Below the pieces are notes generated by a model. It was not told the DNA's origin and did no database searches. It saw only the letters and a program-made list of their open reading frames with translations. Shown here piece after piece: positions 19,751-30,509 of a stretch of 64,000 nt of DNA. The stretch lies in IMG/VR virus record IMGVR_UViG_3300042549_006728; one strand, 5' to 3'. The position numbers and the translations under genes are program-made. The DNA is from a virus. Lineage: Duplodnaviria; Heunggongvirae; Uroviricota; Caudoviricetes. The stretch's first letter is position 1. Each line of letters starts with the position of its first letter.

Positions 19751-20134
19751 ATGAGTAGACCTAAAAAAACTAAAATCAATTTAGATAAAAATAGTTTACA
19801 GGAATTAATGCAAGAAATTTATAATGATTGTAGTAATATAATGAATAGTGCTAGAAGAGAAATAAATGAAAGAAAAGTTAGAGTTAATATAGAAGACGTT
19901 AATGACGAATACCAAATTGGTAAAGTTAATAATGAAACTCTTAAAATTTTAGAAACCACTATTGATAAAAAAATAGCTTTAGCAAAATTACAATCTCAGA
20001 TACTTGGTAATAAAAGTAATGAAGATGATGGCAATAATGTAGGTAATGGTATTACAGAAGAAGATAAAAATATTCTAAGAGAATTATTTAAAGAAAAGGC
20101 TGGTAATAAAAATACTAAATACGATATAGATTAA
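19751..20134 (+). CDS. hypothetical coiled-coil protein
   Basis: 127-aa ORF, first gene after the late motif. Confidence 0.7.
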   Translation: MSRPKKTKINLDKNSLQELMQEIYNDCSNIMNSARREINERKVRVNIEDVNDEYQIGKVNNETLKILETTIDKKIALAKLQSQILGNKSNEDDGNNVGNGITEEDKNILRELFKEKAGNKNTKYDID

Positions 20135-20135
20135 A

Positions 20136-21842
20136 ATGAACGAAAAATTTAAGAATGTTGTTTGTGAACCTAAAGATGCTATTGGAGATGTTAAGAGAAA
20201 TATTCTAGAGTTAATATCACTGAATCAGACTATATGTAATAATTTACCTAATTTATCTATACCTACTGCAATTCCAGATGTACCCGATTTAAATTTTAGT
20301 CAGAGAGTTGTTGACTTATTAAATGATATTTTAGCAACTGTTTCAGGTATTAATATTGATGAGATGAGGATGCAGTTGATAAATTGGCTAGTTGAACAAT
20401 TACAACCACTTTCTGAGGATTTATCCATTACAATGATAGATACTATAAAATGTTGTTACGCTTGTAAGATTAATCCTCAGATACCAAATTGGTTATTTGT
20501 GACTGACCCATCAACTATAACATTTGATGCAACTGGAACCCCTATACCAAATAGTGGATCACCTGGGTTAGGTATAAATATTGAGTTAAATAAATTAGAT
20601 TTAACTTGTTTATTTTCGGTTGACCCTAATTCTACAGTAGGTAAACTATTTTATGATGGTACTGCAATAGATGATATAAATGTGTTCCTATGGGAAGTGA
20701 TACAAGAAAATGGTAACCCTTTAATATGGAAAGATCCTACATCTGGTAAAGAGATTATGGAAGTTAGATATATTGAGGATAGTCCTACCTCATTTGTTGA
20801 AAATAATGGATCTAGTGAATTTCAAAATATAGAATCTAGACCTAGAGTTTTTAATATTAGAATTGTTAATCAGACATACCAAAGTAAAACACTTATAACT
20901 TTTTTAGTGGATTATTTTAATAGTCAAAATCCATTATTCAATCCTGATAAAGTTATACCAAATGTAATAGATTTAATTTATGGTAGTTTAACTAATAAAG
21001 TTAATTTACCTGATGAATGTTTAAACAAAGTAGTTGAAACCGAAAAGGCAATAGAAGATTATATAGATAAAGGTATCGATAATCCAGATGTTGAATTTGA
21101 TGAAAGTTTCTATACTTTTACAACTGCACAAATTGTTAATATAAAACAAACTGTAAATGAAAAAAAATTAGGTGTTAAACAATTTAAAAAATGTTGTGCA
21201 AAACAAATTAGTAGTATTTCGTTTGAAACTTTAAAAGAGATAGATGATAACATTAAAGCAACTTCCACTCTTCAAGAAAAAATTCAAGTATATACAAAAT
21301 CTCTTAATAATTTAATTTCTGAATCTTCAGAAGGTGTAAAAAATTTAGATAAAAATAGTGCGAATGGCGAATTTTTAGCCAATTTTATAAGTGCATTACA
21401 AGTTGCATTAACTAAAATTGTATTGTCACCAAAAAATCTATTAATGTTAAATACGTTCTATTATTTGGTTAATTCTGAACCCGTTAAAAAAGTAAAAATA
21501 AAAGAATTACTTAAGGAATTTGAATGTATTATTGCGGTGATAATTGGGAATTTATTAAAAAAGATAATTTATGAATTTCTTTTACCTATGATATTAAAAG
21601 CTCTGAAACAAATTGTATTATGTGCGATTAGAAAAAAAATAAAAGAAATAAATGAAAATTTCTTAAAAACAAAAAGAAGTTTATTACCTCCTTTTGTTAA
21701 TGATACTTTAAATGCGATAGAAGGTTTATTAGGTAAAGCTGAAAATGTTGTAGATAAAGCTAGAGGTTTTACGGATAAAGTTAATTTAGATTCATTGAGT
21801 AATGTGAGTCTATTCAATAAGAAAAATAGATTTTGTGATTAA
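20136..21842 (+). CDS. hypothetical protein, probably structural (baseplate region)
   Basis: 568-aa ORF co-oriented with the spike-like gene. Confidence 0.6.
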   Translation: MNEKFKNVVCEPKDAIGDVKRNILELISLNQTICNNLPNLSIPTAIPDVPDLNFSQRVVDLLNDILATVSGINIDEMRMQLINWLVEQLQPLSEDLSITMIDTIKCCYACKINPQIPNWLFVTDPSTITFDATGTPIPNSGSPGLGINIELNKLDLTCLFSVDPNSTVGKLFYDGTAIDDINVFLWEVIQENGNPLIWKDPTSGKEIMEVRYIEDSPTSFVENNGSSEFQNIESRPRVFNIRIVNQTYQSKTLITFLVDYFNSQNPLFNPDKVIPNVIDLIYGSLTNKVNLPDECLNKVVETEKAIEDYIDKGIDNPDVEFDESFYTFTTAQIVNIKQTVNEKKLGVKQFKKCCAKQISSISFETLKEIDDNIKATSTLQEKIQVYTKSLNNLISESSEGVKNLDKNSANGEFLANFISALQVALTKIVLSPKNLLMLNTFYYLVNSEPVKKVKIKELLKEFECIIAVIIGNLLKKIIYEFLLPMILKALKQIVLCAIRKKIKEINENFLKTKRSLLPPFVNDTLNAIEGLLGKAENVVDKARGFTDKVNLDSLSNVSLFNKKNRFCD

Positions 21843-21844
21843 TT

Positions 21845-22294
21845 ATGGCAGCAAGTGACGGATGTAATAGTAATAAAGGTGATATTTACAAAAATATTGG
21901 CATTGCGGGTGCATTAGTAACTATCGCATTACTCCTTAAAAAGGCATTTAAAACACCTAAGAAATTACCACCTATATCTAAAGAAGAAATTCTAATAGGT
22001 GTTAAATTTAGAGAGGGAATGAGTTCTATTGAAATCGCCTCTAGAATTATAGAAAGAAAAAAGGAGATCGGTATTGGTATCGGTCCATTACCTAGCGGTG
22101 CGGAGAATCTCGAATTAAAGATGGAAGTAATACGAGTAGAAGAAATTGTTAATGCGATACAAACAAAAATGAAAATAGAGGGTGCATTTCCCGCAGGTGT
22201 CGCAATAACTGCAACAGGTGGAAATGCTGGAGGACCAATTGTTGTACAAGGTGCAACAACACAATCAGTTAAAGTAGAAGGTATTGCAAGATAA
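21845..22294 (+). CDS. hypothetical protein (baseplate region)
   Basis: 149-aa ORF with hydrophobic N-segment and Gly-rich C-terminus. Confidence 0.6.
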   Translation: MAASDGCNSNKGDIYKNIGIAGALVTIALLLKKAFKTPKKLPPISKEEILIGVKFREGMSSIEIASRIIERKKEIGIGIGPLPSGAENLELKMEVIRVEEIVNAIQTKMKIEGAFPAGVAITATGGNAGGPIVVQGATTQSVKVEGIAR

Positions 22295-22298
22295 AATT

Positions 22299-22490
22299 AT
22301 GGAAAATAGTGTAATCAATTGGGAAAATATAGGTAATTCTTCTATTAAAATGAAATTAGAAGAATTATTACATGAACAAACGGCATTAAAGGATAGGATA
22401 ATAAAACTTTCTGAAAAGTTAGAATCTGTAGAAAAGGAATATTACTATGGGAATAAAGTTTTAGTAAAAAGATATAAAGGAGAAGAGTAA
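22299..22490 (+). CDS. small coiled-coil hypothetical protein
   Basis: ATG at 22299 (MENSVINW...); stop overlaps the next start. Confidence 0.6.
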   Translation: MENSVINWENIGNSSIKMKLEELLHEQTALKDRIIKLSEKLESVEKEYYYGNKVLVKRYKGEE

Positions 22491-23794
22491 TGAATAATTA
22501 TTATACAGACAGTACTAATACTAACGTAATACCAATTATAAGGGTTGGTGAAGTTATTTCTGTGGTAGACACAACTAAATCGGGAAGAATAAAAGTTAGA
22601 ATTACAGGCGTTGATGACACAGAAAGTGATAAAAATTTAATAGATTGTGTACCATTATTACCAAAATATTTAATAACATTACCTAAAGCTGGAGAATGTG
22701 TTTTCGTATTCCAATATGAATATAATGACTCATCCCCAACTGCCTCATTTAAAAACAAAAGATTTTGGATTGGACCACTAATAACTCAACCAAATAGGTT
22801 ACCTGAAGAAACATATAATTCAGCACTTTCGATATTACCCGATGGATATACCAAATTAAAGGACCCAAATTTAGAAATTGGTGCCTATGGGGAAGATGAG
22901 GATATTATTTTACAAGGTAGATATAATACTGATATCTTACAAAAAGATAGACAAATTTGGTTAAGAGTTGGGAAGAATATTGAGGGTGAACTTAATAAAT
23001 TTAATAACAAAACTTTAGGGTATGTACAGTTAAAGTTTGGTGGTGAAAAATTAAAAAGAAATTTAGTAGATAAAGAAATAGTTACGTATGTGGAACAACA
23101 ACCTGATAAAATTATTAGTGTAATTTTAAATACTATTACAAATAATGGTAATATTTTATCTGGTGATTTACCTGCAGACACTTATAGAAAGGATGATATT
23201 AATAGAACTGAAATAAGTGTAGTCATAAATGATGCAAAAAGTGGTGCGGAGATCGCTAGTTTCTCCAATAGTAATTCCTTTTTAGGTAGTTCCTCTAGGG
23301 ATTCCTCATTGGAGGCGGCTAAGTCATTTATAGACGTAAATAAAGGTGAACGATGGAGAATAAAATCAAAATCGAATGATATAATTGCAATATATAAAGG
23401 GGATAATGGTATCGCAACATTTACAAGTAAACCTATTGAGGTTAGAAAGAAAATAAAAGAAGTTAAATTAGAAACTAATAAAAGTGATAAAACTAGTGTT
23501 GTTAACATTGTAGCAAATAAAATTAATTTTATTAGTCATGACGGTGAACACACATTTAATTTAACTGATCCTAAACAGTTGATAACTGATGATGAACAAC
23601 AGAAGATAAATAATGAGGCTCATCCAGTAGTTTATGGAGATATTCTAGTAGAATTTTTACAATTAGTTAAAAAATATGTAGAGTTACACGTACACCCTTA
23701 TCATGGATTAACTGCGGACCCAAGTACTGTTACAACAAACGTATTAAGTTTTGATTTAAATAAATTATTAAATAAGAATATTAATACTAATTAA
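22490..23794 (+). CDS. baseplate hub/central spike protein (gp5/gpV-like)
   Basis: N-terminal OB-fold GEVISVVD...GRIKVRI...PKAGECVFV; C-terminal HVHPYHG metal-binding apex. Confidence 0.7.
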   Translation: MNNYYTDSTNTNVIPIIRVGEVISVVDTTKSGRIKVRITGVDDTESDKNLIDCVPLLPKYLITLPKAGECVFVFQYEYNDSSPTASFKNKRFWIGPLITQPNRLPEETYNSALSILPDGYTKLKDPNLEIGAYGEDEDIILQGRYNTDILQKDRQIWLRVGKNIEGELNKFNNKTLGYVQLKFGGEKLKRNLVDKEIVTYVEQQPDKIISVILNTITNNGNILSGDLPADTYRKDDINRTEISVVINDAKSGAEIASFSNSNSFLGSSSRDSSLEAAKSFIDVNKGERWRIKSKSNDIIAIYKGDNGIATFTSKPIEVRKKIKEVKLETNKSDKTSVVNIVANKINFISHDGEHTFNLTDPKQLITDDEQQKINNEAHPVVYGDILVEFLQLVKKYVELHVHPYHGLTADPSTVTTNVLSFDLNKLLNKNINTN

Positions 23795-23808
23795 GATATT
23801 TATTTATA
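23795..23808 (+). promoter_or_regulatory. putative late promoter
   Basis: GATATTTATTTATA before ATG 23816. Confidence 0.55.
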
Positions 23809-23815
23809 AAAAGAA

Positions 23816-25222
23816 ATGGTATACAGAACTTATATAGATAAAAATAATACAATTATTTTTGGGACAAGTATTAACACAGGAAGAAATCCCATCGTAGAGT
23901 TGTATTATGGTGGTAAAGAAACACAAACTGATTACACAAGACATTTATTATATTTTGATGTTTCCGATTTACAGGAAAAATATAATAATGGTGAATTAGG
24001 TGATTTATCTGAAGTAACTCACATATTAAGAATGACAAATAGTTCATTTTTTGATAAAGATTTGCAGGCACAAAAATTATTAGATGGTAAACAAAGAACA
24101 TCTTCTTTTGATTTAGTACTATTTAAAATAAATCAATTTTGGGATGAGGGTTGTGGTTATGACTATAGAGAAACAAAATATGAAAATTATAATAGTGATA
24201 TTACCTTTGTTGAATCCGCAAGTAATTGGTTAAATGCAACAACAGTAAATAGTTGGTTACAACCAGGTGTATATTCAGGATCACCCACATCAATTACAAT
24301 TAATACACAACATTTTGATAAGGGAAATGAGAACATCGAAATGGACATCACTAATGAAGTTAATAAACTTATAACTGGTGGTAGTATAAATTATGGGTAT
24401 GGGTTATCATTTGAAAGACCATTAGAGTTAAAAGAAATTGTACCCTCACAGTATGTAGGATTTTTTAGTAGACACACTCAAACTTATTATGAACCATTTT
24501 TAGAAACTATATGTGATAATACTATTAGAGATGATAGAAAAAATTTCTATAGGGGTAAATTAAATAGATTATATTTTTACACTAATTTAGGTAGTGAACC
24601 TACAAATTTAGATACTAAACCTACTGTAACCGTTAATGATAGTAATGGTACTATTATATCCGCATATACTAGTAGTGATGTTAAACAATCAGATAAGGGG
24701 GTTTATTATATTGAACTATTCGTACCTATATCAAACACCCAATGTGGATTATTTACCGATGTATGGTCAGATATAGTAATAGATGGTAATATACGTCCAG
24801 ATGTTACATTAGAATTTGAGGTAAAAGACGATACTGAATATTATAACTTCGGAGATAGCGAATCTCTACCTATAGAATATATGGTTAATTTAAGTGGTAT
24901 TATGAGGGATGAAAAAATAAAAAGAGGAGATAAAAGAAAAGTATTTGTCAATGCTAGATTACCCTATACAGTTAATGAAAGTAGTGTAATCGATGGTTTA
25001 CAATATAGATTGTGGGTTAAAGAAGGTAATGCAGAAGTTAATGTAATAGATTGGTCAGATGTTAATAGAGCCTATTTAAGGAATTATTTTATTTTAGATA
25101 CTTCTTGGATGATACCTAATGAATATTTTATCGATATTAAATTAAAATCTAATCAATTGGTAAAAACCTATACTAATACTCTCAAATTTAACATTATCAA
25201 TCAAGTAGATTATTCACATTAA
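23816..25222 (+). CDS. putative virion structural protein
   Basis: 468-aa beta-rich ORF (WDEGxGYDY...W...G) after the spike gene. Confidence 0.55.
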   Translation: MVYRTYIDKNNTIIFGTSINTGRNPIVELYYGGKETQTDYTRHLLYFDVSDLQEKYNNGELGDLSEVTHILRMTNSSFFDKDLQAQKLLDGKQRTSSFDLVLFKINQFWDEGCGYDYRETKYENYNSDITFVESASNWLNATTVNSWLQPGVYSGSPTSITINTQHFDKGNENIEMDITNEVNKLITGGSINYGYGLSFERPLELKEIVPSQYVGFFSRHTQTYYEPFLETICDNTIRDDRKNFYRGKLNRLYFYTNLGSEPTNLDTKPTVTVNDSNGTIISAYTSSDVKQSDKGVYYIELFVPISNTQCGLFTDVWSDIVIDGNIRPDVTLEFEVKDDTEYYNFGDSESLPIEYMVNLSGIMRDEKIKRGDKRKVFVNARLPYTVNESSVIDGLQYRLWVKEGNAEVNVIDWSDVNRAYLRNYFILDTSWMIPNEYFIDIKLKSNQLVKTYTNTLKFNIINQVDYSH

Positions 25223-26055
25223 TCAGTAATATTGATAGGTTCAATTCCTTCTGGTAATTTAAAATTAGTTTCGGACAGTTTATTTAAAACATCTTTTATA
25301 GTTAAATCAAATGTCTTAAATATATTTTCCTTTGTCATAGGTGTAGGATATGGGACATTAAATGACATTAAATCTATTTTATCTCTGTCATTAATTTCTC
25401 CCAATACGTTAGAATATGTACTAATAACCTTAAATTCATTTTGATTTATATTTTGATATCCATTCCTATCAAATTCCCAAGGTAACCGTTCTATCTTATT
25501 ACCATCCCCATCAATAGAGTAAAAATCTATTGACACTGATAATGTTCTACTACTAATTGCGTCCATAGTAAGATAATGTCTTCTATAAGTCCCATCTATT
25601 TGATAATTTGGTAAGGATATGTACATATAAAAACCTCTAAATCCGCTACTAAGACTAACTACCCTACCTTCAATCGATTCTGCTCCCACATCTCCATCAA
25701 AATGTAAATTAACTTCGTAATTATTTTCATTTAATTTAGAAAATTCACTTGATAAAGAAGATAAATTTTCGTGAAATAATCTATAAATTGGTTCTTTTTT
25801 ACGTATCGATTGATGTGGTGCAAATAATTCTCTAGCTGACCATGAAAATGTTTTGGTTAACGAATAAGCACTTTCATAATCTAAATTAAAATCCTCTATC
25901 AATTCTGCCGCAACATCCCACTGGTTAAAGTTGGTATTACTATCCCCGTATTTTTTATACAACATCTCTAAAATTCTTTTTTCTTGTGGACTGAATTCAG
26001 ATGACACATCAATTAACCTAGATTCTAAAATTACGTATTTCTTTTTTATTCTCAT
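25219..26055 (-). CDS. hypothetical protein with leader-like N-terminus
   Basis: MRIKKKYVILESRL; ATATTTAT motif at 26072-26079 (minus). Confidence 0.7.
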   Translation of the reverse strand: MRIKKKYVILESRLIDVSSEFSPQEKRILEMLYKKYGDSNTNFNQWDVAAELIEDFNLDYESAYSLTKTFSWSARELFAPHQSIRKKEPIYRLFHENLSSLSSEFSKLNENNYEVNLHFDGDVGAESIEGRVVSLSSGFRGFYMYISLPNYQIDGTYRRHYLTMDAISSRTLSVSIDFYSIDGDGNKIERLPWEFDRNGYQNINQNEFKVISTYSNVLGEINDRDKIDLMSFNVPYPTPMTKENIFKTFDLTIKDVLNKLSETNFKLPEGIEPINITD

Positions 26056-26092
26056 AATTACAAATATACTAATAAATATTTTAAAAAATAAA

Positions 26093-26117
26093 AAAGGGTA
26101 GAAAAAATCTACCCTTT
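26093..26117 (-). terminator. terminator after major capsid gene
   Basis: aaagggtaga-N5-tctacccttt hairpin followed by a T-tract on the minus strand. Confidence 0.75.
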
Positions 26118-26140
26118 AATAACTTTATTTTAAATTAAGA

Positions 26141-27898
26141 TTATCTTAATTCGTTAAGATCAAAAGTTTGAACTCCATCAACAGTTACAGTTCCGTAGAA
26201 TCTGTTGTTCACCATTTTCTTAGCGTATCTCGTCATGATACCTTTAGTTGGTGCAAAGTTAAACGGATTTTGTAATGTAGGTGTCAATTGTAGAGGTACA
26301 TACGGTGCGTAAATGTATCCTGTATCTAACAATGATTTACCTTTGTGTCCAATAATGATTGAGTTAGCTGGTGCATAAGGGTCTCTAAATACAGTATATC
26401 TACCACCTAATGAACCGATTTTCTCAATACCCATATTGTATTGGTCTTGCTCTGGAGAAGCGTTTGATACGTGGAAGTATTCTAAATCGTCAAAAATTGC
26501 TGATACCTCAGAAGATACAACGATAAAGTTAGCTCCACCTCTCAAAGTAGACTTATGAATTTGAGCAGATACTTGATTTACTTTTGTAATCAATGTCTGA
26601 TTCCACTCTTTTTGAGTGTATGCGTTGAAACCACCACCGTTGTTAGCTCTCTTCCAACCGTTGTAATCCCATCTCAATTGCCATGCTGCTCCTTTTCTTA
26701 AATCTCTTAAGATCTCTCTATCAATCTCAGCAGCTACCTGCTCAGACAATAAAGCCGTAAGTTCAGCTTCAGCATCGATGTTATGGAATGCACTAACGTC
26801 TTGTGCTAATTCAGGTGACCAAGTAGCTCTTAGTTTTCTTTCTGTAACCGATACAACTACTTCATCCAATTCAAAAGATACTTCACCCATTTCTGTAGCG
26901 AATTCTAATGTTGCATATTGTGCCCAAGATACAGATAAATTTCCCCACTGTTCTGCCGTTGTAGCTGAAGTAGCACCTACATAACCATCGAAGTTTGAAG
27001 ATGTACAATTGATACAAGCTGGGTGAGTTAAATCTAATTCGATTAATAAACATCCGTCAGGTTGACAAATATTAGTATAATCAACAATACCTCTACCATA
27101 TTTTTGAGATACTAATCTGAATGGTACTACACCACCTGCAGCGATAATAGTTTTACCATCTTTATCTAAGATAGCGTCATCACTAGTTACTGTTAAAGAA
27201 GCTAAGAAAGACTCAGTATCCATTTCGTTTCCGTCTGGTCCTGTCAATCTACCTGCATTTGTAGAAGAGAAACCAGTAATACAAGCTTTAACTGTTCTAA
27301 CTGAACCGTCAGCTGCTAATGGTTGATCTTCAAAAGGTGTTTCAACTTTCTCACCACTAGCGTTTAAAACAACTGGATTTAATCCACCATTATAAACTGT
27401 TCTAGTACCTTTAGATGCGTCATACAATCCGTCATTGTAGAATAAATCATAAAGATTTTTCTTTCTATACTCTGTTGTCATACCAGACGCACCATTACAA
27501 TCTACAATTACACACTGAGGTAAAGAACCGTTAGTAGAGTTACCATTTAAATCAAATGCTCCGTTAGATGTTTTTGGTACAAAGAAGAATAATTTTCCGA
27601 TTGGCATGTTCATCGCTTGTACTGATACGATATCGTTAGCCAATAATTTAGAGAATACTCTTCTCACAATAGGGAAAACTACTGTTTCGAATGATCCAGA
27701 AGAATCAGCCGATGTTGATTCGTTCAATAGAGCAGACGCTTGGTTTTCATATAACTGTGCGATGTTCTCTTTGATGTGACCTTTTAAACCTTCTAAGAAT
27801 CCTAATGAATTCCATTTAGAAATGGTTTTAGATCTAATTTGTTTTAGGTGTTCTAGTCCGATATTACCGACTTCACCTGAATTTAATAAATGTCCCAT
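26141..27898 (-). CDS. gp23: major capsid protein (T4 gp23-like)
   Basis: PIVRRVF, VSVQAMNMP, RKLRATWSPELAQD, AEIDREI, GYIYAPYVPL, GIMTRY. Confidence 0.95.
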   Translation of the reverse strand: MGHLLNSGEVGNIGLEHLKQIRSKTISKWNSLGFLEGLKGHIKENIAQLYENQASALLNESTSADSSGSFETVVFPIVRRVFSKLLANDIVSVQAMNMPIGKLFFFVPKTSNGAFDLNGNSTNGSLPQCVIVDCNGASGMTTEYRKKNLYDLFYNDGLYDASKGTRTVYNGGLNPVVLNASGEKVETPFEDQPLAADGSVRTVKACITGFSSTNAGRLTGPDGNEMDTESFLASLTVTSDDAILDKDGKTIIAAGGVVPFRLVSQKYGRGIVDYTNICQPDGCLLIELDLTHPACINCTSSNFDGYVGATSATTAEQWGNLSVSWAQYATLEFATEMGEVSFELDEVVVSVTERKLRATWSPELAQDVSAFHNIDAEAELTALLSEQVAAEIDREILRDLRKGAAWQLRWDYNGWKRANNGGGFNAYTQKEWNQTLITKVNQVSAQIHKSTLRGGANFIVVSSEVSAIFDDLEYFHVSNASPEQDQYNMGIEKIGSLGGRYTVFRDPYAPANSIIIGHKGKSLLDTGYIYAPYVPLQLTPTLQNPFNFAPTKGIMTRYAKKMVNNRFYGTVTVDGVQTFDLNELR

Positions 27899-27930
27899 TT
27901 TTTTATTTTATTTATTTTATTTGTTATTTT

Positions 27931-29238
27931 TTATGAGATTCTTCTCATTAAATCTTTAATTGCCGTAATCTGTGGATCAACATAAGCAGTTGACTCATTT
28001 AAATTAGTAGCAGTATAAGATTTTACTGTTTTGTTAACTTTATTTTCAACAGACTCATTCATTGGTTTTTTATTATCCATTTCAGACTTTATAGTTCTAT
28101 AGATATTTTTAGATTCTTTAATCGTTTCCGCATTATCAAATCTTTTTAATATATCCATTTTTTCTTTTTTAGTTGTAGAATGTTCAGTGAACAATCTGTT
28201 AACATAAGCCAAATTGGTATTAAATAACGCAACCTCATTAAGTTTGTCTTTAAAAATATTAAGAGCTTTTTTATATTCTTCGTTTTTACTTTTTAGCTCT
28301 TCGTATTCTTTCATTATTTTGGATTCGGAAACTGTGTTAACAATTGGTTTTCTATTGACTAAAGGTTTACGAACAGTTTTAGATTCTCTAGCCGCAAATC
28401 TAGCACCGTTGTATCTTTGTTTACCACTTGTTCTATTATGTCTTTGCAACTTATCTTCTGAAATCTCTTCCTCGTCAATATATGCCCCTTCACCCATTGC
28501 ATCATAGTCTTCATCAGTATGAAAATTTTCACCTTCATCACCTGCTAACATCTCATACATTGGAGAATCTTCTTCTAAGTGAATTTCATAGATAGTTTCA
28601 TCACCACCTTCTTCATCTTCATACATAGAACCTGATCCACATTCAGAACAATATTCCTTTTCTTTCAAACCAAATCTATCTTCCATAGATTCCTTAATGT
28701 AATACTCTACACCAGTTTCATTATCTTTTAAATGAATTCCACCTGCATCCTTAACTACTTCTACTTCATCATCGTCACCCAATTTGTTTTTAAACACATG
28801 AATAACTTCTTCGTCAGAAGCACCTGTTAAGTCTAACACTTCCTCTTCGTCATCACCCATATCCATCATATCGAAATTAAGTTCTGATTCATCATCTTCT
28901 TCTTCACCAGCGTCTAAATCTAGATCAACATCTAAATCTAAATCAACAGGTTCTTCAGAGTCTTCTTCTTCAGAGTCTAATTTTAATTCTGTTTCGGGTT
29001 CTTCGACACCTTCTTCATTGTCAAGATCTAACTCAACTTCATCATCTTTGGATCCTTCTAAATCAATATCGTCCACTTCTTCTTCATCTTGTTCTTTTAA
29101 AGATGACTCAACGATACTCTCAATTTCTCTCGACAAGTGTGCCGAAAGCATTTCTTTCGTGTTGGCTTTTAAGGCATCCTCAATAGACTTAGCTTCTAGC
29201 AAAGCCTCTTCGATGATATTTTTCTTTTTTTCAGCCAT
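27931..29238 (-). CDS. prohead core scaffold protein (gp22-like)
   Basis: Very acidic middle, coiled-coil C-terminus, many (L/I/V/M)xE sites; sits between protease and capsid genes. Confidence 0.7.
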   Translation of the reverse strand: MAEKKKNIIEEALLEAKSIEDALKANTKEMLSAHLSREIESIVESSLKEQDEEEVDDIDLEGSKDDEVELDLDNEEGVEEPETELKLDSEEEDSEEPVDLDLDVDLDLDAGEEEDDESELNFDMMDMGDDEEEVLDLTGASDEEVIHVFKNKLGDDDEVEVVKDAGGIHLKDNETGVEYYIKESMEDRFGLKEKEYCSECGSGSMYEDEEGGDETIYEIHLEEDSPMYEMLAGDEGENFHTDEDYDAMGEGAYIDEEEISEDKLQRHNRTSGKQRYNGARFAARESKTVRKPLVNRKPIVNTVSESKIMKEYEELKSKNEEYKKALNIFKDKLNEVALFNTNLAYVNRLFTEHSTTKKEKMDILKRFDNAETIKESKNIYRTIKSEMDNKKPMNESVENKVNKTVKSYTATNLNESTAYVDPQITAIKDLMRRIS

Positions 29239-29296
29239 TTTGTTTTTTTTAAAATTTTATTATTTAAATTATTGTAAACGCAATTTTGCATTCTAT

Positions 29297-29306
29297 TATA
29301 AATATA
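29297..29306 (-). promoter_or_regulatory. putative late promoter
   Basis: minus strand TATATTTATA upstream of scaffold/MCP. Confidence 0.6.
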
Positions 29307-29335
29307 CTATTTTTCGAAAAAGTTTATTTTTTTTT

Positions 29336-30025
29336 TTAATCAAGTAAGAAATTTGTTAAACTATCTTTAAGATTGTCCACATTTTTTTTATTTTTTGATT
29401 CCGACATTTGTTGTTCTTTAGATGGTTCTTCACTATAAATCCAAGACCCTGGAGTTGATGGTGACGTAACCACATCCCAACAGATTAATTCATAATCATC
29501 TTGAACTACGTTTCTACCATTTTCTTTTTCTAATGATCCAACACCTCTAGATGATACACCAATCTTTAATCCTTTTCTTATATAGTTGGCTACTCTGTCA
29601 CCCTCACAAGATATGATACCTTGATTAACAAATCCTGGTGACATTATAATTTCTAACTTACCCATCAGTACATTACCTTCCCACCATAAATCGATTACAT
29701 TATGTGAAATTCTACTTACGGCAACAATAGATGATTCAGGATGATCCGCCTCACCTAATGCTCTTTTTTCTTTAATTAGTTTTAGATAGTTTTCTGCCTC
29801 TCTTCTTAGTATGGCTTCGGGATATACTCTTTCATTTTTGTTTTCTACTCCATATTTTTGTAATACGGCATAAACAACTAAGGGCTCCTCTATAATGGGT
29901 TGCCCTTGAGTTAGTTTATTTACTTCGTTAACGAAATTTCTATTATCTTTAGGTGAAATGTAACCTGCGTCATATTCGACAAGAATACCTTTCTTTTTTA
30001 CTTCATTTTTTTTTAAAATCTCCAT
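29336..30025 (-). CDS. gp21: prohead core protease (T4 gp21-like)
   Basis: NKNERVYP, ALGEADHP, SH, GVSSRGVGSL, WDVVTSPSTPGS. Confidence 0.92.
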   Translation of the reverse strand: MEILKKNEVKKKGILVEYDAGYISPKDNRNFVNEVNKLTQGQPIIEEPLVVYAVLQKYGVENKNERVYPEAILRREAENYLKLIKEKRALGEADHPESSIVAVSRISHNVIDLWWEGNVLMGKLEIIMSPGFVNQGIISCEGDRVANYIRKGLKIGVSSRGVGSLEKENGRNVVQDDYELICWDVVTSPSTPGSWIYSEEPSKEQQMSESKNKKNVDNLKDSLTNFLLD

Positions 30026-30027
30026 AA

Positions 30028-30060
30028 TAGTGATATAGTTTTATTATAAATATATCACTA
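30028..30060 (-). promoter_or_regulatory. late motif embedded in a 10-bp inverted repeat
   Basis: tagtgatata (30028-37) and tatatcacta (30051-60); the motif at 30045-30054 overlaps the right arm. Confidence 0.5.
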
Positions 30061-30071
30061 TACTAAAAAAA

Positions 30072-30509
30072 TTATTTTTTGGTTTTATGGAATTTAAAAA
30101 TGGAGTTATTCTCTAGGCAATTATCTATTACATTATATATAATGTTTTTTGTTGCCTCTATAAGTAATGGTTGATTTATTGGTAAACACTTTTTTTGGTA
30201 TAGTGTTATTTCGCATGACATAAAACTTCTTTTACTGATATCAAATCCTGAAGTCCTCATATCCAAATCTACAATATATTTATCATTATGAAATAAATTT
30301 ATATTGAGATTGTTATTTAAATTTTGTTTTATTTTCTTTCTTATATTACTTAAAAAAGTAGTATAATTTTGTTCTTTTTCATTTTCAATTATCTCTCCCC
30401 ACGCAGTAAAGTTTAAATACAAACTTTTTGATTCTTTATTATTTACTGTCCCTATTTTAGTTTTATAGTTGTCTAATAAATCTAATTTTAATTCTTTTCC
30501 TAATTTCAT
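30072..30509 (-). CDS. hypothetical protein
   Basis: 145-aa ORF within the head module. Confidence 0.7.
   Translation of the reverse strand: MKLGKELKLDLLDNYKTKIGTVNNKESKSLYLNFTAWGEIIENEKEQNYTTFLSNIRKKIKQNLNNNLNINLFHNDKYIVDLDMRTSGFDISKRSFMSCEITLYQKKCLPINQPLLIEATKNIIYNVIDNCLENNSIFKFHKTKK

Noticed and set aside
27931-29238. Low-complexity tct/tca-rich DNA resembling repeats
   Set aside because: Explained by Glu/Asp-rich coding on the minus strand
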